DNA of 64,000 nt from Eledone cirrhosa (GCA_964016885.1 OZ024748.1:4278001-4342000); one strand, 5' to 3'. Positions 31,886-46,930 are shown, numbered from the stretch's first letter. The notes: a model not told the origin generated them from the sequence alone. A program made the numbers and translations.

Positions 31886-32476
31886 TCCGTACCCCACTCT
31901 CACTTATTCCACCCACACCCTATTATTTGGGACCCGAGCCAAGAGTAAGTGTCCCCTTCCCTCCAAGAAAATAATTTTTGGAGTCACTGTAGTATATGAA
32001 ACAAGATGTTGACAATTGAGAACGACACTACAGTTATCTCTACTACTCCCACCACTACCTAAAACCACCACCACCACCTACAACCACCACCACCACCATC
32101 ACCAGTACTCCGATCTCCACCACCACCACCACCTACATCTCCCCTCCCCCTCACCACAGGCCCAACATTTAGCTGCTGCTAAATCTAAAGGTGAAAAGTC
32201 ATACTCTCGCAAACATGCACACACAACACACATACACACAAGCATACAAACACGCGCGCGCGCTAACACACACACACACATACACACACACACAAACATA
32301 AACACTCACTCAAATACACATACCCGCACATACATTCACTCACACACAATCTCATACACATACACACTCACACAAACACACACAAATATATATCTCTATA
32401 TATATATATATCTATATCTATCTATCTATCTCTACACACACACAGGCACACGCGCACACACACACACACACACACG

Positions 32477-32527
<51 letters not shown>

Positions 32528-32794
32528 GCTCCTGCACACACAAACACGCAAACGTATTAATGATTGTGTGAGACTGAAGGAAAGTTAACTTCTCACACTG
32601 TAAAGTGTATTAAGACGATGAATTAGAAATAGTTCGGTTTTTCAACTGATTCACTGTGATCCGGGTTCAAATCTCGCCGGAGTGAACTTTACCTTCCATC
32701 ATTTTGAGCTCGATAAATATGAGGGTCGGCTGAAAGGTTCATAGTCTGGCCAAGATACTCTCATGGAATAACCAAACGAGGTATATATTTTTCA

Positions 32795-32970
32795 ATCATC
32801 ATCGTCATCATCTTTTTACGTCCACTTTTCCCTGCTTGCAAATGTGGGAGGGGCCCTCTTCAGCACAGCATCTCTCCATCTGTCACGGCCCTTCGTCATC
32901 TCCTCTATGAGCTTCAGCGATCTAAAGTCACTTCTCACCACCTCCGTCCATGTTTTTCGTAGTCTTCCTT
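32795..32970 (-). pseudogene. RTE-clade LINE 3' end
   Basis: Minus strand encodes GRLRKTWTEVVRSDFRSLKLIEEMTKGRDRWRDAVLK, followed by a (GAT)n tail. Confidence 0.75.
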
Positions 32971-33236
32971 CCAATATAATGTGAAAAGTTCAATATAAGC
33001 CGAAAAGTTCATAGGCTGAACAAGATACTCTCGTGGAATGACCAGAGTGAGCTCCATTAAACACCTTCAGTGGATTCTCTCTGTTGCAAGCATTCAGTCG
33101 AAGGTTCTAGTTTGAGGACACCTTCCTCATTCTCTCCGCCTCACAACCGCCCCCACAACTTTCCACTGGTGTCAGAAGACTTGAATTATGCCAGAAGCAC
33201 TGACCTTCTCTCCTTGAATAAATCGTAAAAATGATT

Positions 33237-33280
<44 letters not shown>

Positions 33281-33539
33281 CGCCATCCATATACAAATAT
33301 TCCAGATTACAATCAAATCTAAAGACCAATAATAAAATATGAGAAAGTTACAAAAAAACTACACTAACGAAAGAACAACAACAAACAAAGTAAAACACAA
33401 AGACAAACAATTGTTGATATGGAATCATTGAACAGGTGCATTTGTTGAGGGACTTGGGTTGGAGGATTCCTTTTCTAGATTGTGTGTATGTGTATACACA
33501 CAAACGTAAACGCACTTATATATATACATGTACACATAT

Positions 33540-33829
<290 letters not shown>

Positions 33830-33870
33830 GTATATATATATACGTACGTATATATATATATATATATATA

Positions 33871-34074
33871 GTAATAATAATAAATTTGAAGACTAAAATC
33901 CAAAGAGGGCTTCACGAACCAAAGTACCGTCTTCCTGTCTTCCTCCGGTTGCAACGTTTTTTGAAATATCCACTTCTGCGTTCACAGATTGACTTTGTTA
34001 GTTTCAGAAGATCCCGTTAAGGGTGAAAGCAGCGATTCTTTGCTTAAACTTTAATCTGTTATTTTAATAAATAT
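33871..34074 (+). mobile_element. Family B element, collinear copy without fold-back
   Basis: Family 5' end, unique middle, complete HHR-like fold and AATAAA, lying between TA tracts. Confidence 0.8.
33984..34059 (+). ncRNA. Type-I hammerhead fold with variant core CAGAAGA (family B)
   Basis: Distal helix I ACAGATTGA/TTAATCTGT, 7-nt bulge, proximal helix I AGTTT/AAACT, CAGAAGA, T-CCC-GTTAA-GGG-T, GAAA, helix III AGCAG/TTGCT, predicted site CUU at 34043-34045. Confidence 0.6.
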
Positions 34075-34175
34075 ATACATATATATAAATATATACATAA
34101 ATGTATATATATATTATATATATATATATATATACGAATATGTATATATATATATATGTATGTGTATATATATTA

Positions 34176-34429
34176 CCTATATATATAAAACTGTGTCTGT
34201 GTGAGTTTGAATCCCTAAAACTCGAGAACCACCCAACCGACTGCATTAGGCGAAAACCTGCATTTTTCATGCTTCATCGAGGAAAATCTTAAAGATTATC
34301 CAGCCATCAGAGTATTCGGTTTATTTTCTTTACATATTGTCCACGCATGCAGTTTTTCCACGATTAGGTCTGTTGGCGGCCCGTGTTCCAAAATCCCTTA
34401 TCCCGTGCAACGCTGGGTACCACTGCTAG
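34176..34429 (+). mobile_element. Non-autonomous Helitron
   Basis: A|CCTATATATATAAAACTGTGTCTGT 5' end (TC mutated to CC), subterminal hairpin CCCGTGCAACGCTGGG, and 3' CTAG|T. Confidence 0.75.
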
Positions 34430-34440
34430 TATATATATAA

Positions 34441-34504
<64 letters not shown>

Positions 34505-34509
34505 TACAT

Positions 34510-34552
<43 letters not shown>

Positions 34553-34635
34553 AGAGAGAGAGAGAGAGAGAGAGAAAGATACGGGCATCTATTGTCAGAG
34601 ATGCACTCATTCACAAGTCGTAGTATCTTCAAACG

Positions 34636-34684
<49 letters not shown>

Positions 34685-35247
34685 CCATCACACAATAAAG
34701 ATGTTCTCCTTTGCCTCTTAAGTATTACAAAACTACAACAGATAGCCACCATCCCTTTTAGCTATCTCACCCCTTTCTAAAAAATAACAAATACATAACA
34801 AAGAAGCCCCCCCCCCCCCCCACACACACACACATACACACACATGCACACATATACCCATGCACATACACAAACACACAGACACACACACACACATCAA
34901 ACTTATGATCTATCTATATATATATATATCATAAGTTTGGTATTTCCTCTACGATAAAGTGCCAGACGGAGAGTCTGGGGTGGAATGCGGGTATTCTGGA
35001 GTGAAGAAGTCTAAACGACAACTGTTTAAGGATATTGGTTAATTAAATGTAATGTTGCGATTGATTTAGTAGACGCCTTATTGATTTTGACAGCTCATCT
35101 AAACCTCTCTATCTATCTCTATCTACCTCCCTCTCTCTTTAACCTCCCTCTCTCTCTATCTCGTCCTCTCTCTGTTTCCTCTCTTATTCAAGCTCAATCT
35201 CTCTGTTATTTCCTCTCACCTCCTCTCTTATATTTCCTTGCAATCTC

Positions 35248-35715
35248 TTGCTGGCGTTGACGACGTTGTTTGCGTTGTCGACACTGTTGGTGTTTTCGAC
35301 GTTGCTGGCGTTGTCAACGTTGCTGGCGTTGTCGACGTTGCTGGCGTTGTCGACGTTGCTGGCGTTGTCGACGTTGCTAGCGTTGTCGACGTTGCTAGCG
35401 TTGTCGACGTTACTGGTGTTGTCAACGTTGCTAGAGTTGCGACGTTGCAGGCGGTGTCGACGTGCTGGCGTTGTCGACGTTGCTAGCGTTGTCGACGTTG
35501 CTAGCGTTGTCGACGTTACTGGTGTTGTCAACGTTGCTAGAGTTGCGACGTTGCTGGCGTTGTCGACGTTGCTGGCGTTGTCGACGTTGCTGGCGTTGTC
35601 GACGTTGCTAGCGTTGTCGACGTTGCTAGCGTTGTCGACGTTACTGGTGTTGTCAACGTTGCTGGAGTTGCGACGTTGCTGGCGTTGTCAACGTTGCTGG
35701 CGTTATCGACGTTGT
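35248..35715. repeat. 18-bp GC-rich minisatellite GTTGTCGACGTTGCTRGC
   Basis: About 25 units, each with a GTCGAC palindrome. Higher-order unit variants recur. Confidence 0.95.
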
Positions 35716-35777
35716 TGTTCGTTTGGCGGCTTTTGGTTATTAACGTTATAAGTGGCAGAGCAGTGTTGGAGGTGGTG

Positions 35778-35843
<66 letters not shown>

Positions 35844-35887
35844 TCTGTCTCTCTCTCTCCCTCTGTCTCTCTCTCTTTCTCTCTCTC

Positions 35888-35941
<54 letters not shown>

Positions 35942-36182
35942 CTTCCCTCTCTCACTTCCCAGTAATGCACTAGGGGCAATTTTTATTGACTTTTGCCCTC
36001 ACCTCCCAAAAAAAGAAATTCTCACCCTTGTGCCTAAATAAGAAGCCACAATTTTATTATCATCATTATTATTAATCCCCCCCCCCCCACTGAAATATTT
36101 TGTACCGTCTTTAATGTCTCCTTAATGTCAGCCCCGTGTGGCTAATAAAGAAAGGATCATTATCATCATCTTTATTATTATT

Positions 36183-36363
36183 GGTGGATTGGCAGTATCA
36201 GTAGAGGGTCGGACGCCATGCTTTCCAGCATAGTTACGTCCCTTTACGATCTGAGTTCAAATCCCGCCGAGGTTGACTTTGCCTTTCATCCTTACCTGGT
36301 CGATAAAATAAAGTACCAGTAATGCACTGGGTAATTGCTGGCCTTGTGCCTAAAGTAGAAACA

Positions 36364-36409
<46 letters not shown>
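36183..36409 (+). mobile_element. SINE1, full length
   Basis: GGTGGATTGGCAG head, B box at 36253, core, and long (ATT)n tail. Confidence 0.9.
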
Positions 36410-36471
36410 GTAGTAGTAGTAGTAGTAGTAACACCAGCAGTAACAGTAGTAGTAGCAGCAGTATCAGTATC

Positions 36472-36506
<35 letters not shown>

Positions 36507-36953
36507 CAGCAGCAGCAGTAGCAGCAGCAGTAACAGTAGTAGTAGTAGCAGCAGCAGTATCAGTATCAGTAGTAGTAGTAGCAGGAGCAGTATCAGTAGT
36601 AGTAGTAGTGGTAGTAGTAGTAGTAGTGGTAGTAGTCACCCAACAGAAATACTTGGGTCTTTGTCAACCATACTTCCTACAACTTCTATTAGAATATCTA
36701 TTTTATTTATCTGTCTACAACATCATTTATAATATGACTAAATGACTAATTATAGCCAGCCGGTATAACAGAAGCGACAGCAACAACAACAACAACAGCT
36801 ACAGTGACAGCAACAGCAGCAACAACAACAACAACAACAACAACAGTAGCAATAACAATGTTGACAACGACAATAACAACAACTGCACCAACAATAACAA
36901 TTGTTTAGAAATAAAAAAAAAATGGTACTTTAGTAACACGCAAGAGGACATAA

Positions 36954-36984
<31 letters not shown>

Positions 36985-37147
36985 GCGTGTGTGTGTGTGG
37001 GGGGGGGGGGGGCGGGGGGGGGGGGGGGTGTTATATCTATATATATGTATGTATGTATATATATATATCTAAATATATGTATGTATGTATATATATATAT
37101 GTATACATATATATACTCGTATATATATATATATGTATATATACTCG

Positions 37148-37178
<31 letters not shown>

Positions 37179-37255
37179 GTATATATGTATATATATATAT
37201 ATATGTATATATGTATATATATATATATGTATATATGTATATATACATATATATG

Positions 37256-37304
<49 letters not shown>

Positions 37305-37356
37305 ATATATACATATATACAATTATATATATATATAATTGTATATATGTATATAT

Positions 37357-37432
<76 letters not shown>

Positions 37433-37683
37433 ATGTATGTATGTATATACACCAGATCTCTATTTATCCTTACACTGCACAATACTCATGTTAAGTGTTC
37501 CCTGGTAAGACAAGGACGCTATCTTTAAATCACAATTTTAATCACAAACTTAAGATCACAAATACACTCTTTGACAGAGAACTACAAAATTATGATGACA
37601 GATAAGACCATACTAGCAGGAATTGCCATATTTAGGTCTCTTTGATGACATAGCTGCCCTACAGAATATATGCAAACTTCTCC

Positions 37684-37744
<61 letters not shown>

Positions 37745-37820
37745 CTCTCTCTCCTCTATCATTTTGTGTGTGTGTGTAAAGAACGAGAGAGCTTTGGGGG
37801 CTGAGATTGAGAGGAATGTG

Positions 37821-37896
<76 letters not shown>

Positions 37897-37914
37897 ATGT
37901 ATGTATGTATGTAA

Positions 37915-38009
<95 letters not shown>

Positions 38010-38059
38010 CATATATATATATATATATGTATGTAAATATATATATATATATATGTATG

Positions 38060-38162
<103 letters not shown>

Positions 38163-38180
38163 ATGTATGTATGTATGTAA

Positions 38181-38287
<107 letters not shown>

Positions 38288-38337
38288 CATATATATATAT
38301 ATATATGTATGTAAATATATATATATATATATGTATG

Positions 38338-38404
<67 letters not shown>

Positions 38405-38698
38405 TATATATAATATATATATTTTATATATAATATATATATAATATGTATATGTATACGTATGTACACACACACACACATATATATATACATATATACA
38501 TATATATATATCACAGCATATATATACATATATACATATATATGCTGTGACCCCGGATGGACAGTAGTACCGGTGGTGGTGGCCAAAGTCCACCTCTTTT
38601 TAAAAGGTAACTTTTTAAGGTTTCTCCTTAAAAAATTGTTTCACGTTTTGTTTTGTTTTCCGTTCGTTGTCCGGTCCTCCCTTTGTTAATTTTCTTAA

Positions 38699-38739
<41 letters not shown>

Positions 38740-38780
38740 CCATCATCATCATCTTCATCATCATCTTCATCATCATCATC

Positions 38781-38812
<32 letters not shown>

Positions 38813-38821
38813 CAACATCAC

Positions 38822-38854
<33 letters not shown>

Positions 38855-38900
38855 TATCATCATCATCATCCTCATCATCATCATCATCATCTTCATCATC

Positions 38901-38940
<40 letters not shown>

Positions 38941-39277
38941 ACATCACCATCATCATCATCAACATCACCATCATCATCATCACCATCATCATCATCATGA
39001 TCATCATGATCTTCATCATCATCATTATCATCATCACCATCATTATCATCACCACCATCATCATCATCATCATCATCATCATTATCATCATCATCCTCAT
39101 CACCAACATCATCACCGTTTTATCGTGACATTGACATGCTATGATGATGGCTGGCATGTCAATGTCAAGATAAAACCAAGAGGAGATAACTAGAAATGTT
39201 ATTTATCAAGGGAGGAGTGAACCCGTCATGCACAACCTGGTCCAGGTGGCCCACCAGTAGTGCATACCACAGTTTTG

Positions 39278-39845
39278 GTGGTCCACAGTCAATATATGAC
39301 CAAAGACGTGGTCCACAGTCAACATATGACCACAACAGTGGTCCACAGTAAATATATGACCACAACAGTGGCCCAGAGTCAATATATGACCAAAGAAGTG
39401 GTCCACAGTCAACATATGACCACAACAGTGGTCCACAGTCAATATATGACCACAACAGTGGTCCAGAGTCAATATATGACCAAAGAAGTGGTCCAGAGTC
39501 AATATATGACCACAACAGTGGTCCACAGTCAACATATGACCACAACAGTGGTCCAGAGTCAATATATGACCAAAGAAGTGGTCCAGAGTCAATATATGAC
39601 CACAACAGTGGTCCACAGTCAACATATGACCAAGGATGTGGTCGACAGACAACATATGGCCAAAGAAGAGATTCACAGTCATCATAAGATTAATGAAGTG
39701 GTCCAGAACCATCATATGACCAGGGAAGTGGCATACAGCCATCATAAGACCAAGGAAATTGTCCAGAGAATCTTATAAACAAGGATGTGGTGGACAGCCA
39801 ACATATGACCAAGGAAATGGTCCACAGCTATCGTAAGACAAAGGA
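39278..39845. repeat. 30-bp minisatellite GTGGTCCASAGTCAAYATATGACCAMARMA
   Basis: About 18 units, homogeneous at the left and decaying towards the right. Confidence 0.95.
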
Positions 39846-40029
39846 AGCAGATTTCTGCTTCTATACTCTGCATATTAACTCTTCTTAAATATTAACTGTA
39901 CTTTAATATTTAATATTGCAACATTAGGTATTGAGCATGCTTCGCTTTGTTTAAGACATCCAACACAATATATCATAATATCTTCTCTGAATTTACGATA
40001 TATTACTTCTAGTTTTCATACATACATAC

Positions 40030-40174
40030 ATGATGATGGCTGCCCGCTCGTTATCGAGCATGGCCATTGCACGATATACCATTTTTATTAATTGTTAATT
40101 AATTCTATCGTGCAATGCCTGTGCGTGAAGATATTTTTTAAAGTGAGGAAAGACTGTGCACTGAGCCTATCCCA

Positions 40175-40179
<5 letters not shown>
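40030..40179 (-). mobile_element. 3' end of the element at 49171-49710
   Basis: Reverse complement of 49564-49710, adjacent to (CATA)n. Confidence 0.75.
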
Positions 40180-40206
<27 letters not shown>

Positions 40207-40346
40207 GGAAACGAAAGGACCTGTGTGGTTACTGTAAACAAAGTTTAAGATGGTTGTATGGACGAAACAAGAGAAGAAAAGAAAAGAAGAAAAGAAATCC
40301 TATATATATATACAAACACACAAACATCTGTTGTTCCGTCTCTTCT

Positions 40347-40400
<54 letters not shown>

Positions 40401-40582
40401 GTGTGTGTGTGTGTGTGTGAGAGTGTGTGTGTGTGTATACCCTACTCCTCATATTTCATGTTGATAAGCAAGCTTTCACCATCGTTCAATTCAGACCCAT
40501 AATTTGACATCTCCCGTCATCACTCTCTTTGTACCCCTTCTCTCACGCTCTTACTTTCTGAATCACACACACACACACACAC

Positions 40583-40648
<66 letters not shown>

Positions 40649-40675
40649 CTACTCTACTCTATATATGGTTTAATA

Positions 40676-41021
40676 CTGGTTTCTGCTTTAGGCACAAGTT
40701 CAATAATTTTAAGGGAGAAGAAAGACGATTAAATCGACCCCAATACGTGTCTGGTACTTTATTTTATCGACCCCGTAAGGATGAAAGGCAAACCTAACCT
40801 CGACGGGATTTGAACTCAGAATGTAAAGGGCCATAACTCTATGCTGCAAAGCATGTTATCCACGCTCTACCGATACTACTAATCCACCCCAATTTTTTAG
40901 GTTTAATAATTGTTTCTACTTTCGGCACAAGGCCAGCAAATACCCAGTGCATTACTGGTACTTTATTTTATCGACCCCGTAAGGATGAAAGGCAAAGTCA
41001 ACCTCGGCGGGATTTGAACTC
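40676..41021 (-). mobile_element. Two adjacent SINE1 copies (40676-40889 and 40905-41021)
   Basis: SINE1 core and B box, twice, on the minus strand. Confidence 0.85.
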
Positions 41022-41095
41022 AAATAGAGTCAAGTCAATGAATCCTGTGGGCTTAAATCCGACAAATCAAATTGACGATATATATATATATATAT

Positions 41096-41169
41096 TACTC
41101 TTTTACTCTTTTACTCTTTTACCTGTTCCAGCCATCCGGCTGAGGCCATGCTGGGGCACAGCCCTTGAG
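41096..41169 (+). repeat. Short dispersed repeat (TTACTCTTTTAC..CAGCCATCC..GCCATGCTGGGGCAC)
   Basis: Related copies at ~13078 (+), 31505 (-), 59845/60522 (+, split by a MITE), 61840 (-) and 63106 (-). Confidence 0.75.
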
Positions 41170-41183
41170 AATATATATATATA

Positions 41184-41421
41184 TATTAAAATAACAGATT
41201 AAAGTTTAAGCAAAGAATCGTTGCTTTCACCCTTAACGAGGTCTTCTGAAACTGAAAAGATCCCGTTAAAGGTGAAAGCAGTGATTCTTTGCTTAAACTT
41301 TAATCTATTATTTTAATAAATATTTGGTCTACGGTTTTTATATATTTATATATATTTATATATATATTATCCTTATCAAGACCCCTTCGGATTTTAGTCT
41401 TCACATATATTATTATTACTA
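41184..41421. mobile_element. Family B fold-back element
   Basis: Palindrome centred near 41250, then the reverse complement of the family 5' end. Confidence 0.8.
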
Positions 41422-41427
41422 CATAGA

Positions 41428-41557
<130 letters not shown>

Positions 41558-41726
41558 CACACATATATGCTCTGAGGAAACAGTGGTCACAGCATTGGAT
41601 ATTTGAGTTCTGCAAGTACTTGTGAATTTGCACATAGCATAACTAGGCTGTAGTACCACCGTGGAAACACTTGTAAGCACACGGAATAAATTACCTTTTT
41701 ATGATGTCTACCTGTTATTATTCATT

Positions 41727-41780
<54 letters not shown>

Positions 41781-41836
41781 CTGTATATATATATATGTAT
41801 GTATCAAAGTAAAATATATGGACTTACTGATACGTA

Positions 41837-41906
41837 CTGTGTTAGACAATCAACTTACGAACGTAACTCTTTGAACACAGCTCGTTCGTAAGTTGAGGAC
41901 TTAGTG
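41837..41906. mobile_element. Tiny Tigger/pogo-like MITE
   Basis: Inverted repeat TCAACTTACGAACG / CGTTCGTAAGTTGA with TA flanks. Confidence 0.5.
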
Positions 41907-42350
41907 TATACAAACTCACAACTAACAAAGAACGGCGTGGAATTGAACCAAAGACATGGCCAGGCGAGTCTAACCACAGATAAAACCCTCGTCTATCTGG
42001 TGAGGTGGGGGTTGTTAGGAAGGGTTGGGTGGTTCTGAGTATTAGAGTGATGACTGAAGATCAGAAACTGCAGTTTCCTGAAGACCTTATCTCTAAATCA
42101 ACTGTGTTCAGCACCTCATAGTCAAGATAAGCAGTACTTATTACTATCTAGAACATAGGTGCATCAGGTTCACTCAGCTGGGCTGGAATTCCACATTGAT
42201 ATCTATATATTTACAGTATAATGTATATGTTTGTTTATATATATATATATATATATATAGTATACAATATACTGCGTGTATATATATATATATATATATA
42301 CTTACAATATAATGTATATTTATATATATATATATGCTTACAATATAATG

Positions 42351-42391
<41 letters not shown>

Positions 42392-42449
42392 TTACAATAT
42401 AATGTATATTTATATATATATATATATATACGTCTATGTGTCAATATAC

Positions 42450-42498
<49 letters not shown>

Positions 42499-42547
42499 GC
42501 TTGTGTGTCGGGTGAGATCATAAGGGATTCGGTTATTATTTCTAGCA

Positions 42548-42732
42548 GTTGACAGTATCGGTAGATCATCGGACACCCTATTTTGCAGTATAGAGTTACG
42601 ACCCTTTACGTGCTGAGTTCAAATCCCGCCGAAGTTAGCTATGTCTTTCATCCTTACGGGGTCGATAAAATAAAGTACCAGTAATACACTCGGATAATTG
42701 CTGGCCTTGTGCCAAAAGTAGAAACAATTATT
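42548..42732 (+). mobile_element. SINE1 copy
   Basis: Head, B box GAGTTCAAATCC, core and tail all present. Confidence 0.85.
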
Positions 42733-43451
42733 TCTAGCAGGTCGATCTGGCTTATGTTGTTGTTATTGTTGTTGTGGTGGATACAGCGTGTGGTTGTTGT
42801 TGTTGTTGTTGTTGTTACAGTGTGTGGTTGTTGTTGTTATTGTTAATAGATGATTTATCCTTTTTTAAATAAATTGATGTGACGTTATCTACAATATGTA
42901 ATATTATCACCAGTGCGATATATACAGAATCCCCACCCCACCTCAGGTTTCAGGGTGGATCCCGGGGGGGTGGGGGTGGATAGTGGTCTAGGGTGTGTGT
43001 GTGGGGGGGGGGAGTGAGAGAGGTGGTGGGAGGGCGGTGGTAAATAGATTATATCTTTCGATCATGTTGATAGTATATAGATGTGGTGTCGTTGTGGTGA
43101 TGGTGCTGATGATGGTGATGGTGTTGTTGTCGTCGTTGTTGTTGTTGGTGGTGATGATGGTGATGATAGTGCGTAGATGAGGTATTGTAGTCGTGCTGCT
43201 GGTGGTGTTGGTGTCGGTGGTGTTGTTGGTGGTGATGGTGTGTAGTTGTGGTATTGTAGTTGTGGTATCGTAGTGGTGGTGGTGGCGGTGGTGATGTTAT
43301 TATTGTTGTTGTTGGCGGTGGTGTTGGTGCGAAGATGTGATGTTGTGGTGGTTGTGGTAATAGTGTGTAGGTGTGTTGTGCTGATGACTGTGATTCTGTT
43401 TAAGATGGTTGCTACTATTGTATAGCAATATCTCTTTATATATATATACAT

Positions 43452-43514
<63 letters not shown>

Positions 43515-43625
43515 TATAAATACATATATATATATATACACACATATATATATATACATATATATAAATACATATATATATATATGTATACATATATATA
43601 TATATATATGTATACATATATATAA

Positions 43626-43668
<43 letters not shown>

Positions 43669-43794
43669 TGTATTTATATATATGTATACATATATATATA
43701 TATATATATGTATACATATATATATATATGTATTTATATATATATGTATATATATGTATATATATATGTATATATATATGTATTTATATATATG

Positions 43795-43830
<36 letters not shown>

Positions 43831-43851
43831 TATATATAAATACATATATAT

Positions 43852-43942
<91 letters not shown>

Positions 43943-43943
43943 A

Positions 43944-44008
<65 letters not shown>

Positions 44009-44168
44009 GAAGAACTGGGACTCGTACCAAGAGATAAAGTTAGTCAAGTGTTGGAAGCAACATCACGTCCATTCCCACGGCTTCCTGTAGAGATTCTGTA
44101 CAGTGCAATTATTCTCTTCCTTCACTCAGTCTCACCACATATATATATATGTATACACACATATATAT

Positions 44169-44259
<91 letters not shown>

Positions 44260-44659
44260 TATATACTTATATATATACTTATATATATATGTATGTATAT
44301 GCATGTATGTATGTATATGTATGTGTATGAACACTTTACCAATACACTATGTCACAGCTTCGTTGACGGGACATAATTCAGAACACAACACTCTCCCTGA
44401 CAAATACTCCTCCCTCCATGTTGTTTCAGACGAGAGCAACTGTAATCTGATGAAACTAAAGAACGTAAAACATATGTACCGGTCAAATCATATATATATG
44501 GAATATATGTTTATATATATATATATACATTTGTAGAAAGGTTGCTTGGATGCGGCGTCCATAGGCGGTATGCCAGTTGAGCACTCCATGCTCCTTCAGG
44601 GCAGAGTATAATAAAATGGAAAACGAAGAATCAGTGATGCATCGAAACACAATTTATTC

Positions 44660-44752
44660 ACGTATTACAAGTGTTTCTCCGGCGAAGAGCTCGAGGTACG
44701 ATCTATTTGTGGATCGAACCTGACTCTGGATTCGCAAGTTCCTCAGATACGT
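44660..44752 (-). ncRNA. Family A hammerhead-like motif, diverged copy
   Basis: Minus strand reads ACGTAT-CTGAGGA-(62 nt)-GAAAC-ACTT-GTA-ATACGT-g-AATAAA. Confidence 0.6.
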
Positions 44753-45555
44753 CTAACGACTTCGAAGCAAATCCTCTTTCTGTTGCACTCCGTCCCTTTG
44801 AATTTCCTTCATCTGACGAAGTTATCTCGAATATCGTGTTTGAAGCGCGAGTTTATTAGAATTCGTATAATAATGGGAAGGACTCAATGCAAAGAAGCTG
44901 TTTAAACAGCAAAATTCCGTCAATCACGGTGTCGGGTAAAATTTACCTCAAAGGATAGAAATCAACGGCTAGAAGTGTGTTGGCCGCAGAAGTGATAGGA
45001 AGAAAGGAGAAACGGAAGAAAAATGAACCAGAAAAGGTCCCACAAACATATGAATACTTTTATCAGCTTTTAGTTTGTTTGAGGAACGAACATCATACCA
45101 ACAGATATATATATAATATATATATATATATAGTGTTTCCCCTCACTTAGAGGATATGGTGTATTTGTGCTTGAGTATATTTATTTCGATGGATGAGCCT
45201 ATGTGTCATATCAGCATACAACGAAGTATAACAGATCAGGAAAGAAGAATAAAAGAATTGCAGAATTACAGAATAAACAAAAGATGAGCGAAATAATTCA
45301 TTTTATTGAATATGTCCATCATGTGTTGAAAGACGGAAGTAAAAGGGTCAAAGTTGTTTGTTTAAGTAACAAGACCGGGTTGACCAGTTCCCTTGACCGG
45401 GTGTTCAACTGGAAACATTGATCTTATGTGTGAAATATTTCGTGGGCAATCATCCAGATTATTCAATACATTCACACACACACACACACACCGACTCACA
45501 CACGTACACACACAACATATCTTATTGGAAATATGTGCATATATATATATATATA

Positions 45556-45626
<71 letters not shown>

Positions 45627-45644
45627 TATAGCAGAAAAAAAAAT

Positions 45645-45759
<115 letters not shown>

Positions 45760-45896
45760 GAGAGTTAGTTCCACAACAAATTAGCAAACCATAGTGGAAT
45801 ATGGTTTGCTAATTAGTTGTTGTAGAACTAATTCTATACCGAACTCGTCCTCTGGGCTGAGAACTTACTACGGATATAACCTCCCGGTATTTTTAC

Positions 45897-45993
<97 letters not shown>

Positions 45994-46479
45994 AATATAT
46001 ATATATATACTTACTTACATACTTACTTACATACTTTTTCATAAATACTTATGTTTGTCGGTGTTCGGTATTTTAGCCGGTGATTTCTATTGTCAGAGTT
46101 AATACCAACATATAAACCTTTCCGATCATTTGTGTTTTAATGTCTATGTTGCCGGGAAATAATATGTATATATATAAATGAAACGAAGCGAGTGTGTATT
46201 TGAATGCATATATAAATGAGAAAACTCTTTGCTAGAACAGCCATTAAAACAGCTAAATGTTGTCAAAGACAGCGTTGGGCAAAAATGGCTCAGAGGACAG
46301 AAATACTGTGGTTAACAGATACTAATCACAAGGTTGGTAACAGGTAGATGAAATACAGAGAAGATTGAAAGAGGAGGGTAACAAGGAGAAGGGTGTTGGC
46401 GCATAGAAGTGACGGGAAGAAGGAAACAAAGAAAGGCGACGTAGAAGACAGGTTTACACACACACCATCCTCACCCTCA

Positions 46480-46650
46480 TCAGCTCTCAAACCAGCAAAA
46501 TGGTTTCGCACAATTTAATTGCTGCTTTAAACTCGTCTGATTTCGCTTCGGGATCCAGCCGGATCAATTGGAGACGCTTGTATCTGACAGGACCCGATGG
46601 AAGGATTATTTGAGGACTCCTCAGCCCCCAAGAACCTCTCAGGAATAGGT
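46480..46650 (+). pseudogene. RTE-clade LINE C-terminal fragment
   Basis: GIQPDQLETLVSDRTRW resembles the RTE GIxxxxWExLAxDRxxW motif. Confidence 0.5.
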
Positions 46651-46930
46651 AGGTGAAGAGGAAGAAGAAGAATGCTCTGAATTGTTGAAATTATATAGAA
46701 AACATGTTAAAAAGTGGCAGTATTTTCAGACAAGCCTCTTTGAGAAACAATGTTTATAGTTTGGGAAGACTGTGGGAAGAACGTTGGGGTTATGAAGTTT
46801 AAGAAGGTATGGCTAATTGATCGAATTATCGTTAATCTTGAACAAATTCGATTATACTTTACACACCTTTTTGTACACACACACGCGCACATATATATCT
46901 ATATATATATATATCTATATATATAGATAG

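Noticed and set aside
39278-39845. 30-bp repeats as a possible CRISPR array
   Set aside because: The units are head-to-tail with no unique spacers, the context is eukaryotic, and there are no cas genes.
42048-42078. CTGAAGA-TCA-GAAACTGCAGTT minimal hammerhead
   Set aside because: There is no helix II and helix I is only 2 bp.
44410-44482. CTGATGA...AAAACATATGTA
   Set aside because: G12 is missing and there is no helix I complement.
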